DNA of 64,000 nucleotides from a virus: IMG/VR virus record IMGVR_UViG_3300036939_000082, positions 124,943 to 188,942 of that record; one strand, 5' to 3'. Positions 47,572-57,493 of the stretch are shown here, piece by piece. The notes beneath the pieces are model-generated. The model was not told where the DNA came from and made no database searches. It worked only from the letters and a program-made list of their open reading frames with translations. Positions within the stretch are counted from its first letter, which is position 1. The number at the start of each line of letters is the position of its first letter. The translations under genes were made by a program, and so were the position numbers.

Positions 47572-47703
47572 TTAATCATCACCATCAAAAAACAAGAAAT
47601 TGTTGTTGTCATCTTTTTTGTCATTCTTATCGCTGTCGTCACCAAAACACAAAACAACAAAAACAACAAAAACTACTATGATTGCCACAATCTTGTAACT
47701 CAT
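47572..47703 (-). CDS. small membrane protein with acidic tail (43 aa)
   Basis: MSYKIVAIIVVFVVFVVLCFGDDSDKNDKKDDNNNFLFFDGDD. Confidence 0.5.
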   Translation of the reverse strand: MSYKIVAIIVVFVVFVVLCFGDDSDKNDKKDDNNNFLFFDGDD

Positions 47704-47812
47704 GATTTTACAATTATAGATTTGGTTGTATCGGACTGTAATTGACGATCGCTCGACTGGGGAAAATATAAGTCGGACGATCGCCAACAAAATCTTTAAA
47801 ATACAAGTCCTA

Positions 47813-48229
47813 CTAACACATCATTCCAGAATAACCTGTTCCATCAGTTAAATCTGGTGCGTATGGTCTAAGTCTTTCATGTCGCAACTTGTGATAATCA
47901 TCGTTTTGCCATACCAATCTACGTTCACCGTCTTCTACAAGGATTTGCCACTCCCAACCCATCAGATTGCAGCCTTTTTCAGCAAAATAAAAGGACATAT
48001 CACAAGGCAAACATTTTTTAGACTCATCTGTGATATATCTTAATGTCCAGCTTTTTGAATTTTCTTTGTCAATCACTATCTCGCCTACCTTCAGTCCACG
48101 AGCAGTTAATCTGTCATGTATTGAATCAGGTATAACATAGTTCAATCCAGACCTAAGTAAGTTCATTATTTTTGCAATTCTAGATTTGGTCACATTGACT
48201 TGTATTTGGAGATCGCCCCGCCATTTCAA
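47813..48229 (-). CDS. hypothetical protein (138 aa)
   Basis: ORF with protein-like composition. Confidence 0.55.
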   Translation of the reverse strand: MKWRGDLQIQVNVTKSRIAKIMNLLRSGLNYVIPDSIHDRLTARGLKVGEIVIDKENSKSWTLRYITDESKKCLPCDMSFYFAEKGCNLMGWEWQILVEDGERRLVWQNDDYHKLRHERLRPYAPDLTDGTGYSGMMC

Positions 48230-48340
48230 ATAGTTAAGTCAATCGCTCGCGCACAACCAATTATATACCATACAATATTAAATAATTAGATCGACTATAA
48301 TAGATATCATCAAAATAGTCAAAGGTTAAACAAAATGTCG

Positions 48341-48415
48341 AGTGAGCCAGATATTGTGTTGCGGACTGAAATTGCTGCAAAGTGGTAAGCGCTGGTTCAA
48401 ATCCGGCTCTTGCTG
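48341..48415 (+). ncRNA. degenerate tRNA-like element (GAA anticodon-like loop)
   Basis: T arm GCTGG-TTCAAAT-CCGGC, acceptor AGTGAG/CTTGCT, loop CTGAAAT, 75 nt. D arm is reduced. Confidence 0.35.
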
Positions 48416-48543
48416 TTGGAGGAGTCCAAGAACTCAAAAGTAGTGCGATCACGTCGCCTAGTTGCAAAAAGCGATCGGTAAATCTACAACTTTAGAAAGA
48501 TAAACCCAGTCACAAGATCTGTAGCTTAGTTTATCGTTTTGAA

Positions 48544-48707
48544 GCAGATTCGTCAGAACCGACTGGGAGGTTCACGAAATCCCCCAGAAACCCAAAGGCA
48601 AAAACCTGGATGTTCGCGGAAATATAGTCGAGTTCGATCGCCCACAAAAGAATTCCAGAAATCTGCGCCGCGAGGTCAAAGAGCGACGCCAAAAAAACCA
48701 AACCTAT
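48544..48707 (+). pseudogene. diverged, frameshifted fragment of the replication initiator gene
   Basis: Similar to 49639..~49790 and shares CGGAAATATAGTCGAGTTCGATCGCCC. Confidence 0.75.
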
Positions 48708-48751
48708 AACTAATTGTAAAAATTTGCAACATAGTAGCCTAATCAATTAAG

Positions 48752-49114
48752 TTACCAAAACTGTGGTTTGTCGGTATAAACATCATCAGTTATTACAAGA
48801 TAGTTTTTGCGGGTGATCTTACAAATAAATGGTTCAAAATGAATTAACCTATGTTTTTTGTTACCACAATCTCGACACAATTTGGCATCATAAGTGTTTG
48901 ATATCTCCCAATGATTATCAGCCTTCATCCACCAATTAGCAGCTAAAGTCATACCCACTTGACGTTGTAAGAAATATAATTCGCCATCATGTATCTGTCG
49001 CTCGCAGGCATGGCAATCATAAAAGCCAAATTCACACACAACCAATTGTGGTTTTTCGGCAAAGTGTTTGCAATTAGCATTTTCAAAAATTAAACGCATT
49101 TTCATTGTACCCAC
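48752..49114 (-). CDS. hypothetical Zn-finger protein
   Basis: CHACERQI...LCRDCG. Confidence 0.6.
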   Translation of the reverse strand: MGTMKMRLIFENANCKHFAEKPQLVVCEFGFYDCHACERQIHDGELYFLQRQVGMTLAANWWMKADNHWEISNTYDAKLCRDCGNKKHRLIHFEPFICKITRKNYLVITDDVYTDKPQFW

Positions 49115-49382
49115 GTAGATCCCACTACTTCAACGCCCGATCGCCCGCCCAGTTTTAAATCTTCCTGAGATCTATGATATCATCAAAAACAAGAAGCCCC
49201 GCTACTCGAAATAGCGGGGCTTCTTACAAAAAATGCTTGTACGGGAAAGGTACTACAGCAGGATAAACAAAAACCGTAATTCGATTGTAGCACATTTTTT
49301 AAATGTCAAGCTAAATCGGAAAACCTGCAAGAAGTAGTGCCGATCGCGCCCAAGCAAGCAAACCCAACTTGCAGGTATCGAC

Positions 49383-50831
49383 ATGACTACCACTAGACTG
49401 CCCAGAAACCGTGAAAACCCGTTTGTCGTCCTCCCTACGAGCGTCGTCAGAAACAGCGAACTTAGTGGCACAGAATTTCGAGTCTTAAGTATTCTCCTGA
49501 GCCTACCCGAAGGGTGGCAACCCGCAGCGAAGCATCTCTCTACACAGATGCGAGAAGGGACTTATGCCATCTCCAAGGCTATCCAGAATTTAAAGGCGAT
49601 GGGCTACCTCGTCTGCCGGAGCGTCCGCGACAGCCTCGGCAGATTCGTCAGAACTGACTGGAATGTTTACGAAATTCCTCAGAAACCCGAAAGTGAAAAC
49701 CTAGATGTCCACGGAAATATAGTCGAGTTCGATCGCCCCACCAAGCCCAAAAACCTCCGCCGGGAAGCCAAGGAAAAGAGGGCAAAAGCGAAGCCTGAAA
49801 CCGTTACTGTCAGAGCTTTCGATCCGTATTTGGAAAATCCAAATATGGGAAATCGCGAAGGAAGTAATATAGATATACCGAATATCTATCAAGATCTAGA
49901 GAGAGATGGCGAAGCTTTTAATATTTTGGAAGAAGAAATATTAACAACAGAAGAGTGTGCTTCAGCTTCTTTCATCGATCGACAGGTTTGGACTGAAGAT
50001 TTTGACTGCGAACAAGATGGACGATCGGAGAAATATTCCGCGACGGCTGAGTTCGATGAAGACGAACTCAACCGTTTTAAGGTTCAGTTAGAAAAATTGG
50101 GCAAAAATTTAGGGCGACACAGCCCGCTGGGATGGGCGTTCGCCATCGTCCAAAATTTGAGGGAAGGCAAACCGAGCACTTACTGGGAAGAGTTTAAAGC
50201 TGGCGTTCCGCTCGGAACTTCCGAGCAGTGGGAGTGGGAAATTGAACCGGGCGTACCGTGTTCGATCGTCAGAGAATGCCTCAAGGACTACTACCGATCG
50301 AAGCCTGGAGCTACAGACCAGGAAGCGGCGGTGCAAGCAGGCCGATCGCTCGCCAAGCCAAAACAAATGCAAGAGCTGTGGCAGTCGATCAAAGAACGAG
50401 TCATGTTTTTGAAGCGGGAAGCCGATCGCCTGTCCGAACTCGGCGTTGAAAACTCTATCATCGTCGATCCGTGGATGAAGCCCAAACAGGAGATTACCGT
50501 TGAGGAATTTTCGGGGGCGATCGCCACTTTGCAAGGATCTGCTGCATCGGCGCAAATTGAAGGAGCGGCGGAAAAAGCCACAGGAATAGAAGGGACAGCA
50601 GTTGAAAATTTGCCAGCCGCAGGAGAAGCAGATCCGTATGCGCTAACGCCGGAAAGTTTGGCAGCTCGGGAAAGGGCGCGATCGCTCCTCAACAAAAGAT
50701 TTGGCAAGCCGACAAAAGCAGAAGCAATTCTAGCTGCCAATATTGCTGAAGCCAAACAAGCTTCCCCAGTAGAATCTGCAAAAGTTTTAATTACCGAGGA
50801 ATACGACGAGGAGGAGCCAATACCTTGGTAG
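49383..50831 (+). CDS. HTH replication initiator / replisome organiser-like protein
   Basis: N-terminal winged HTH (PFVVLPTSVVRNSELSGTEFRVLSILLSLPEGW...AISKAIQNLKAMGYL) and C-terminal EEYDEEEPIPW. Confidence 0.75.
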   Translation: MTTTRLPRNRENPFVVLPTSVVRNSELSGTEFRVLSILLSLPEGWQPAAKHLSTQMREGTYAISKAIQNLKAMGYLVCRSVRDSLGRFVRTDWNVYEIPQKPESENLDVHGNIVEFDRPTKPKNLRREAKEKRAKAKPETVTVRAFDPYLENPNMGNREGSNIDIPNIYQDLERDGEAFNILEEEILTTEECASASFIDRQVWTEDFDCEQDGRSEKYSATAEFDEDELNRFKVQLEKLGKNLGRHSPLGWAFAIVQNLREGKPSTYWEEFKAGVPLGTSEQWEWEIEPGVPCSIVRECLKDYYRSKPGATDQEAAVQAGRSLAKPKQMQELWQSIKERVMFLKREADRLSELGVENSIIVDPWMKPKQEITVEEFSGAIATLQGSAASAQIEGAAEKATGIEGTAVENLPAAGEADPYALTPESLAARERARSLLNKRFGKPTKAEAILAANIAEAKQASPVESAKVLITEEYDEEEPIPW

Positions 50832-50899
50832 CATAGAAGTGGCGGGCGATCGCCCGCACAACTTCTAAATTAAAATTTCTCAACTAACATCAGACAAAA

Positions 50900-51685
50900 A
50901 TGAAACCAATAACTCAAGACAGAATTTTGGATGTTTTAGAAAAGCTGTCAAATCGACGAGATAAAAAGGAAAAAATTGCAATAAAGACTGATTTAGTTGT
51001 TCATGAAATAACAAAATATCTTGGGAAGTCGTGTAACGTAAAATGTCATTCAAATAAGCCTTATCAAATAGAATGCGAAGTTGTCGAGCGGTATGAGCCT
51101 GTGAATTTAGTGTTGTTTTCTAAAGTACAAGCACTAGCTAGCGATCTTGCTACCAAGATTGTTAAAATAAGAAATACCTACACCATTCGACGTGCAAAAA
51201 TTTTAGACATTCAAGTTAAACACGATATTAGCGGACTAGAGTGGAAACATATAGAGCCTACGTTTGTTACTAGCGGTTTCAGTTTTCCTTTTTTTAGCAA
51301 GGAACTAAGACCGATCGCCCGCGACTTACAAACCCTAGCTAGCTACAAAGGTTCTGTCATTCAATATTGGGTAGACTGCGCTTCCAAGCTAGGACTCGTT
51401 CCTTGTTATTTGACGGATGGCATTTGGACACCTATAGCTTTTGATAAAGTTTGGGAAAAAAGCTCTAATTTTGATTGGGCAGATATTTCGCTAGACGAGT
51501 ATTATGTCTCACCTAGTATTATTGACGCCACAAATTACGACAAACCGCGTCGGGAACCTGAAATGGATGATGACGAGCTACATACTGAATTTCACCTGGC
51601 GATCGGGCGCGGGTTAGATCGTGATAATGCTGATGCTGATGTACTAAATTTTATGCTGGTTAAGCAAAGACCTATTTATTGTTAG
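50900..51685 (+). CDS. hypothetical protein (261 aa)
   Basis: Clean ORF. Confidence 0.65.
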   Translation: MKPITQDRILDVLEKLSNRRDKKEKIAIKTDLVVHEITKYLGKSCNVKCHSNKPYQIECEVVERYEPVNLVLFSKVQALASDLATKIVKIRNTYTIRRAKILDIQVKHDISGLEWKHIEPTFVTSGFSFPFFSKELRPIARDLQTLASYKGSVIQYWVDCASKLGLVPCYLTDGIWTPIAFDKVWEKSSNFDWADISLDEYYVSPSIIDATNYDKPRREPEMDDDELHTEFHLAIGRGLDRDNADADVLNFMLVKQRPIYC

Positions 51686-51764
51686 TCAAAATCGGATTTG
51701 AAAAAAACATTGTTGCACCCGCCTCAAAAACGTTAAAATTGCAACAACCTCTCAAAAATCGAAA

Positions 51765-52259
51765 ATGCTAACAGGAAAAGAATTGCTGGAGTTAGTCGCG
51801 TCTAAACCAGAAGGAACCACAAAACAGGAACTGGCGATCGCCGCAGGATACAAAAGCAAGAAAGGTAGAGCGCAGCTTGTGAAATATTACGAAGCGTATA
51901 TGGCAGCACGAGGATTGGAAGTTCCGCCACCGACTTCTAGAAAAAGGGGTAGACCAAGTTCTCAGCCAAGTTCCTCTGTATTGCACTCGCACAAAACCGG
52001 GAATGTTGTTGTCACTAAAAGTTGGTGGCAAGCGATCGATGTTGGTCTAGAAGATCAGATCGCGATTTCGATCGATCGCGAGTCTCCCGAAGCTCAAGCT
52101 GTTGGACCGCGAATAATCTTGCACAAGCTCGCTGCGGGCGCTGGCGATCGGACAGATTGGACGCAAGTTTTGTCAGATGAAACGGAAACTGTCGCCAATG
52201 TACCAAACTCGCACGAGCCTATCGCAGCCGAACCTATGTTTGCCGAAGCTGCGCGTTGA
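51765..52259 (+). CDS. cyanobacterial AbrB-like transcription regulator
   Basis: LTGKELL...KQELAIAAGY...AQLVKYYEAYMAARG...KRGR...HKTGNVVV matches the cyAbrB architecture. Confidence 0.75.
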   Translation: MLTGKELLELVASKPEGTTKQELAIAAGYKSKKGRAQLVKYYEAYMAARGLEVPPPTSRKRGRPSSQPSSSVLHSHKTGNVVVTKSWWQAIDVGLEDQIAISIDRESPEAQAVGPRIILHKLAAGAGDRTDWTQVLSDETETVANVPNSHEPIAAEPMFAEAAR

Positions 52260-52317
52260 TTGTTGTATTGGGCGATCGTCTAAAAGCCCCAAAAAAACTT
52301 GGAGACTTTCAAGAACA

Positions 52318-52632
52318 ATGAAAAATTTGATGGAAGACAGTAATTTGTCACGGAAGATTGATAAAGCGTTTTTCTTTTCCTGCGGACTCGTGGAAATTAG
52401 AGCTAACGACAACAATCCAATTACGCTGGAGTCAGAAGCTCATTTCAGTTCGGGATTAGAACAATTAGCGAGCGGAACTAAGATACTTATCAGTGTCAAT
52501 GACCTAATGCAAAGTTATGACACCTTCTTTCCACAGGCTAACCGTCAACTCGAACCGTGGGCATTTACTCCTCCGATCGCGCAATACGAAGAATGGAAGC
52601 GAGAAGTTGTTAGAGGTTTACAAACTGTCTAA
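52318..52632 (+). CDS. hypothetical protein (104 aa)
   Basis: ATG at 52318 with AAGAACAATG leader. Confidence 0.55.
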   Translation: MKNLMEDSNLSRKIDKAFFFSCGLVEIRANDNNPITLESEAHFSSGLEQLASGTKILISVNDLMQSYDTFFPQANRQLEPWAFTPPIAQYEEWKREVVRGLQTV

Positions 52633-52724
52633 CCGTGTTTACCGCGATCGCCCAAAAGCCCCCAGTTTGTTCAGGGGGCTTTTTATTGGAATGTTGTTGG
52701 GGGCGATCGGTTTAGATATGCTGA

Positions 52725-54299
52725 TTATTTTTGCTTGGCTTTGAGGTAAGTTGCAGGCGATCGTCCAATGTTCTTCAACAACTCTCCTGCAACGGGTAAC
52801 AAATCATCGGTCAACGCAGAACAACGTAAAACATCCACACAGCATATATTGTTGCGACTAATTTTAACGTTGTAAACATACTCTTCTGCTGCCTGAGTAA
52901 ACCTACTTCTAATGTCAACACGACCTTTTTTTAACCATTCTAATTTATGTGGTATAGTCCGCGAATAAAGCCATCTGTTGTAATCATCGGTTTCATCTAC
53001 CCAAAGAGCAAGATAAATTTGTCTAGTTTCATTTTGACAAGAAAAAAAGCACGGCTGAGCATCATGTTCGATTTGACACTCCCGGGCCTCAAGGCGTGGG
53101 GATTCTTTGTTCGCAGACTCAACTTGCTCAGACAGGATTTCTCCAGCCAAAGTAGAGGTCGAATCTCCCAAAGCGTTCGGGTCTAAGACCCGAGTTCCGG
53201 TATGCCCTACCGTACTCAAGGCAATTTTCAGAATGTTAATCGCCGCATTCCAATCCCTATCCATAACAAACCCGCATTCACAAGCGTGAGTTCTTACTGA
53301 TAGGGATTTTTTGACGATTGCACCGCAGTTGGAACATTTTTGCGATGTGTAGGCAGGGTTGACCGCTACGGTCACACGACCAAACTTTATCCCAAAATAT
53401 TCCAGCCACTTCCTGAACTGATACCAACTAGCATCGTTAATCGACTTCGCGAGACAGTGATTTTTAACTAAGTTTTTGATCCTCAAATCTTCGTAAGCTA
53501 CCAAATCGTTAGATTGGATTACGCAACGCGCCAGTCTCTTGGCGTGTTCTTCGCGCTGCCTGCTTATTTTGAGGTGTGCTCGCCCTAGTCGATTAATTGC
53601 TTTCTTGCGGTTGGCAGAGCCTTTCTTTTTGCGAGAAACACGGCGCTGTCTAAACTTCAACCGCTTCTCGCTCGTTCGATAAAACTTGGGATTTGGTTCT
53701 GTGCGACCGTCAGAGTCGGTATAAAACTCTTTCAGCCCCACATCCAATCCAACTGTTTTGCCTGTCGGAGCTGTGTCTGCTTTGTTTTCAGCACCGATCA
53801 GGAACTGAACGTAGTAGCCGTCAGCACGGCGTATCAAGCGTACCCGTTTTATTTGGTCGAGTTGGTAGAAGTTAAGATCCCACGTTCCTTTCAGCTTGAG
53901 TTTGCCAATTCCTTTCTTGTCGGTGAAAGTGATTTGCTTCCGAGTTTCTGAAAGTTTCCAGCCGCTGACTTTATATTCAACTGAGCGACAGTTCTTTTTG
54001 AAAGTCGGATAACCTTTTTTTCCGGGAACGGCTTTTTTGCAGTTGTCGTAGAACCGAGCAATTGCAGAATAAGCCCTTTCCACAGAAGCTTGGCAAGCGC
54101 TAGAATTCAAGTCTTTGACAAAGGCAAACTCTTCTCTCAGTACGGTGCTGTGACGGTACAGTTCTTTTTGCCCTACGCCTCGGTTATCCATCCAGAAACG
54201 GATGCACTTGTTCCGAACGAACTGAGCAGTCCTAATCGCTTCGTCTATTGCCCTGTACTGATTTGGTTTTCCTTTAGCCTTGAACTCTAAAGCAAACAT
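52725..54299 (-). CDS. tnpB: TnpB (409 aa) fused in frame to 115 aa of the interrupted target gene
   Basis: GLDVGL, AYEDL, DRDWNAA and CSNC/CEC motifs. No stop codon before the TCAA end. Confidence 0.9.
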   Translation of the reverse strand: MFALEFKAKGKPNQYRAIDEAIRTAQFVRNKCIRFWMDNRGVGQKELYRHSTVLREEFAFVKDLNSSACQASVERAYSAIARFYDNCKKAVPGKKGYPTFKKNCRSVEYKVSGWKLSETRKQITFTDKKGIGKLKLKGTWDLNFYQLDQIKRVRLIRRADGYYVQFLIGAENKADTAPTGKTVGLDVGLKEFYTDSDGRTEPNPKFYRTSEKRLKFRQRRVSRKKKGSANRKKAINRLGRAHLKISRQREEHAKRLARCVIQSNDLVAYEDLRIKNLVKNHCLAKSINDASWYQFRKWLEYFGIKFGRVTVAVNPAYTSQKCSNCGAIVKKSLSVRTHACECGFVMDRDWNAAINILKIALSTVGHTGTRVLDPNALGDSTSTLAGEILSEQVESANKESPRLEARECQIEHDAQPCFFSCQNETRQIYLALWVDETDDYNRWLYSRTIPHKLEWLKKGRVDIRSRFTQAAEEYVYNVKISRNNICCVDVLRCSALTDDLLPVAGELLKNIGRSPATYLKAKQK

Positions 54300-54377
54300 T
54301 TTACGTGGACATTCGCTACGTTATAATACTAGCACAAAGCCGTCCTATAAGGACGGGGCTTTAAACCCCATTTTTTG
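53073..54377 (-). mobile_element. IS200/IS605-family (IS1341-like, tnpB only) element, 1305 bp
   Basis: Target TTTAC. Left end CAAAAAATGGGGTTT-AAAG-CCCCGTCC hairpin; right end GAAT-CCCCACGCC...GGGAGTG-TCAA. Excision restores an in-frame gene. Confidence 0.9.
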
Positions 54378-54430
54378 GTAAACTTCTAAATACTCAAGTT
54401 TGCCTAGTAAAGGATTTTCGGGGAGGTGAT

Positions 54431-54819
54431 TCATTTGAGTTTCTGCTGAGTTTCTATAGGCACAAGTTTTGACGGATAGACAGCATTACCAAAAATACCG
54501 TTAGGGTATCGAGCATCGACAACCAAAAAACTATCTTCTAATTGGTCATCGGTATAAAACACCCGATAATATCTGTCCAGCATATTCCCGGAACCAAAAG
54601 CCCATTCACGGATTTTGATTTTGACAGAAGTGAAGTATGGCGTCTCTGGTACTGGTAAATGGCACCTACAATTAAAGGATTTCCATTTGCATCCAAAACC
54701 GGGCAAACATTGTCTCGCATTATTGAACCCGAATCGATCGCCCGATCGAATGCTTCTGCCGTCGCTGCGTCGGGATTCATAAAAAATAAGCGTGATCGAA
54801 TCTTGTTAAAGTCTTCCAT
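54431..54819 (-). pseudogene. hypothetical gene with an apparent frameshift near 54650
   Basis: Overlapping ORFs 54538..54819 and 54431..54706 join as ...GNPLIVGAIYQY / PETPYFTSVKIKIREW... Confidence 0.5.
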
Positions 54820-54820
54820 T

Positions 54821-55180
54821 TTAACCTCCGTTACAGATCTTTTCTACGTATCTCCAAGTGATTGGTTGAGCGAGTTCGTATCTATTTCTTTCTAGATAGC
54901 GAACTTCGTCAATTTCTCCAATAATTTCTGCTCGATAGCGATCCAAAAACTTCTCGCACACTCCATCAGGGAAATCCCATCAAACTCGATCGCCAACTTC
55001 GCGACATTGAACTAATCCGCGATCGGTGATTCGCTGCCAGCAATTTGCGTACACGTACCGGGATGGGTGACAAAAAGGATCGTCTAAAGCAAATTTTCCT
55101 AAAGATGATTGATTCTCTGATTGAAAATATTTAATTTCAACCAAACACTCTCTCGACATTTTGCTGTTCTTGTCTTCCAT
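54821..55180 (-). pseudogene. hypothetical gene with an internal in-frame TGA at 54980-54982
   Basis: The frame continues after ...REVGDRV* as WDFPDGVCEKFLDRYRAEIIGEIDEVRYLE..., ending 2 nt before the next ATG. Confidence 0.55.
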
Positions 55181-55362
55181 ATTGACCTCTGTTTTTTTTG
55201 GACGTTTTGCTATTTTGACTTGCGGGCGATCGTCCAATGTACGCTATTTTCCCTATGGGCGATTGGTATGTTTCGCTGAGTTAATTTGTGTGGTGGGTGA
55301 TCGGTATTCCCTTCAATGCTTTTGCTGCCAGTGCTGCTCTGGGAGTAGCACTGGCAGCAATT

Positions 55363-55662
55363 TCACTCGTCTGCTGTGAAATTGACCAACCGAATTCTAC
55401 TCTCGACAAAGCTTTCGGCTTTTAAGATTTTTAAACATTCTTGAGCTATTGACTCCCCGCTTCGCAAATCAGGAGAATACATAATCCAAAATCCTGATCT
55501 GCCTAACGCTTGCGGGATGTCGTAAACTTGTACGTCTACATATCGCTCTGAAAGGTGTTTAAATTTTGCAATTGTTTCCGGGCTTAAAGGTTGGGAAAAA
55601 GTTACATCTACACTTCCTGCACCTTTTGTCACTTTTATTGCTGCGCTGTATTCGGCTTGCAT
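55363..55662 (-). CDS. hypothetical protein (99 aa)
   Basis: ORF preceded by GGAG. Confidence 0.6.
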   Translation of the reverse strand: MQAEYSAAIKVTKGAGSVDVTFSQPLSPETIAKFKHLSERYVDVQVYDIPQALGRSGFWIMYSPDLRSGESIAQECLKILKAESFVESRIRLVNFTADE

Positions 55663-55839
55663 GAAACTTACTTAGCTCCTTGTTCTTTGTGGGCGATCGG
55701 TTGTTTTCAGGTGTTATACCGATCGCCCGATTACTGTATGTACATTTCCTAGTGGGCGATCGGTATTGTGTGATGATCTCCCCAAAAGCCCCCAAGTAAT
55801 CCGAGGCTTTTTGGGAATATTACTGTTGGGACGATCGTT

Positions 55840-56064
55840 TTAGCGTTGTATACGTGCTTGTTCGATCAACTCATCCGCCCAGCTTAAAGATTCTTGAATT
55901 AATGCAGTTTTAGATTTTCTTGAATCAGGGTTTTGCATATATGATTCAAGATTTTCTCTCATTAGTTCCGGTAAAACTTTTGCTGCAATTTCAGTTCGTA
56001 AGCGGATTTTGGGTTCCTCAAGTATTTCCTCTAACCCTTCTTGATCGTGTATTGTGCTGTTCAT
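55840..56064 (-). CDS. hypothetical protein (74 aa)
   Basis: AAAACAATG leader. Confidence 0.6.
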   Translation of the reverse strand: MNSTIHDQEGLEEILEEPKIRLRTEIAAKVLPELMRENLESYMQNPDSRKSKTALIQESLSWADELIEQARIQR

Positions 56065-56165
56065 TGTTTTAGCAAGTAGAATTGCTCTAGTTTTGTGTTT
56101 GCTGTTTACAACAGTAGCATAGATAAATTATGATTGCAAGTGCTAGCGACAAATAGGAGCGACTA

Positions 56166-56435
56166 ATGTTAGACCTCAAGTATATAGATAGAGTTAAATG
56201 GGATGACGACCTTGCTAAACGCTTAAAACGGTTGCGGAATAAGACTTCTCGCAGTACGTTGGCTAGCAAGACTACAGAACTAGGGCATCGTGTGGCTCCT
56301 CAGTATATTCAGCAGCTTGAGCAACCGAGCTTGTTCTCGCATCGCCTTAAAAGTAAAAATTTAACGGTATCGCTTGATGTTGTTCAAGTTCTGTGTGAAG
56401 CATTGGGGGCGGACTTGACAGACATTTTTATTTGA
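56166..56435 (+). CDS. XRE/Cro-like HTH regulator at a divergent junction
   Basis: RLKRLRNKTSRSTLA...YIQQLE...VSLDVVQVLCEALG.DL. Confidence 0.7.
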   Translation: MLDLKYIDRVKWDDDLAKRLKRLRNKTSRSTLASKTTELGHRVAPQYIQQLEQPSLFSHRLKSKNLTVSLDVVQVLCEALGADLTDIFI

Positions 56436-56558
56436 TACAGACAGATTTTACCCAACCCCTTGACACTTACTGCTAGTAACAGTAATATAAAGCTACGCCA
56501 ATAAAAAAGCCGCCCCGCCAAGGGCAGCTCATTATGTACTGATTCAGAATCTAAATCC

Positions 56559-57488
56559 ATGATAGCACCACACACGCGAGAATCCCTAAGCGTTCTCTCT
56601 TGGGATGAAATTCGTCAATTGCACCGTTCTTTGAATTTAGTTGCAAAAAAAGGGTTTTGCACCCGTCGAGATTACGAGAATCGGATTCTAGAGGTACAGC
56701 CCCAGAAAGTTGAAGAACCGATCGCCCCGCAACCGATCGCCCCCCATCCAGAACAAGAAAGCGAACCCGCTAACTCTGCTGCACCGACAGCTCTCCCAAA
56801 GATATGGGACAAAGTAAGTTCAGAAGTGGCGATCGGCGAGTACATCAGAATGCCGTGCCACCCCGTGTGGGTGGTTGCGGACAAAACAGTAATGGACGAC
56901 GGGCGTACTCGTTTGGTAGTCCGCACTCCCGCCGGCGGTCAAGTAGAAGAATGGTATTTGCCCGCACCGTTACTGGAATCAACCGAAGCAGTTTGGAGCT
57001 TAGACCAACTTGAAGAGGCGATCGCCAGTTTGAAACAAGACATCCTCAACCCCAAAAAGTTGCTCGCTCGCCCCGTCCGCAACGAGTCCTTCGATATCGA
57101 GACAATAACCTGGAAAACCCCTTTTCAAGGGGAGATCTTAGGTCGAAACGGGAAACGCCCTTTCTTTATTGAAGGCGACTGCATATATATCGTGCTTCAA
57201 TCAAAGACAAATTGCTTCTGCGCTTCGGAGCGCGCTCACCCCAACTACCATCACAAGGTAATCAGGCAGGCGATCGAGGCAGGTAAGAATTTCGATTCTT
57301 TGAGTAAAATAGGCGAACCGTGCCGCTTTGGACGAATCTATCAGTCCTGCGACGGCTGGTGGTGGGTGTGGGGGTACGGGGAAGCCAGAGGACACAATTT
57401 CTTTACCAGACCGATGGCGCTCAAGTATTTAGAAATGAAAAGTGTTGAGGCGGTCGCGGGCGATCGGGCAACCTCTGTTATGTGGTGA
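56559..57488 (+). CDS. hypothetical protein (309 aa)
   Basis: Clean ORF. Confidence 0.7.
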   Translation: MIAPHTRESLSVLSWDEIRQLHRSLNLVAKKGFCTRRDYENRILEVQPQKVEEPIAPQPIAPHPEQESEPANSAAPTALPKIWDKVSSEVAIGEYIRMPCHPVWVVADKTVMDDGRTRLVVRTPAGGQVEEWYLPAPLLESTEAVWSLDQLEEAIASLKQDILNPKKLLARPVRNESFDIETITWKTPFQGEILGRNGKRPFFIEGDCIYIVLQSKTNCFCASERAHPNYHHKVIRQAIEAGKNFDSLSKIGEPCRFGRIYQSCDGWWWVWGYGEARGHNFFTRPMALKYLEMKSVEAVAGDRATSVMW

Positions 57489-57493
57489 CAAAA

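Larger units (their letters stand above)
52725..54434 (-). pseudogene. DUF6575-like gene (134 aa) split by the IS after codon 19
   Basis: MNHLPENPLLGKLEYLEVY (54434..54378) + IEHDAQPCFFSCQNETRQIYLALWVDETDDYNRWLY... (53072..52725). Family name from memory of the motif. Confidence 0.7.

Noticed and set aside
54980-54982. TGA stop-codon reassignment
   Set aside because: TGA is used as a normal stop elsewhere, including ATGA gene overlaps at 6063 and 54431, so a single nonsense mutation is simpler.
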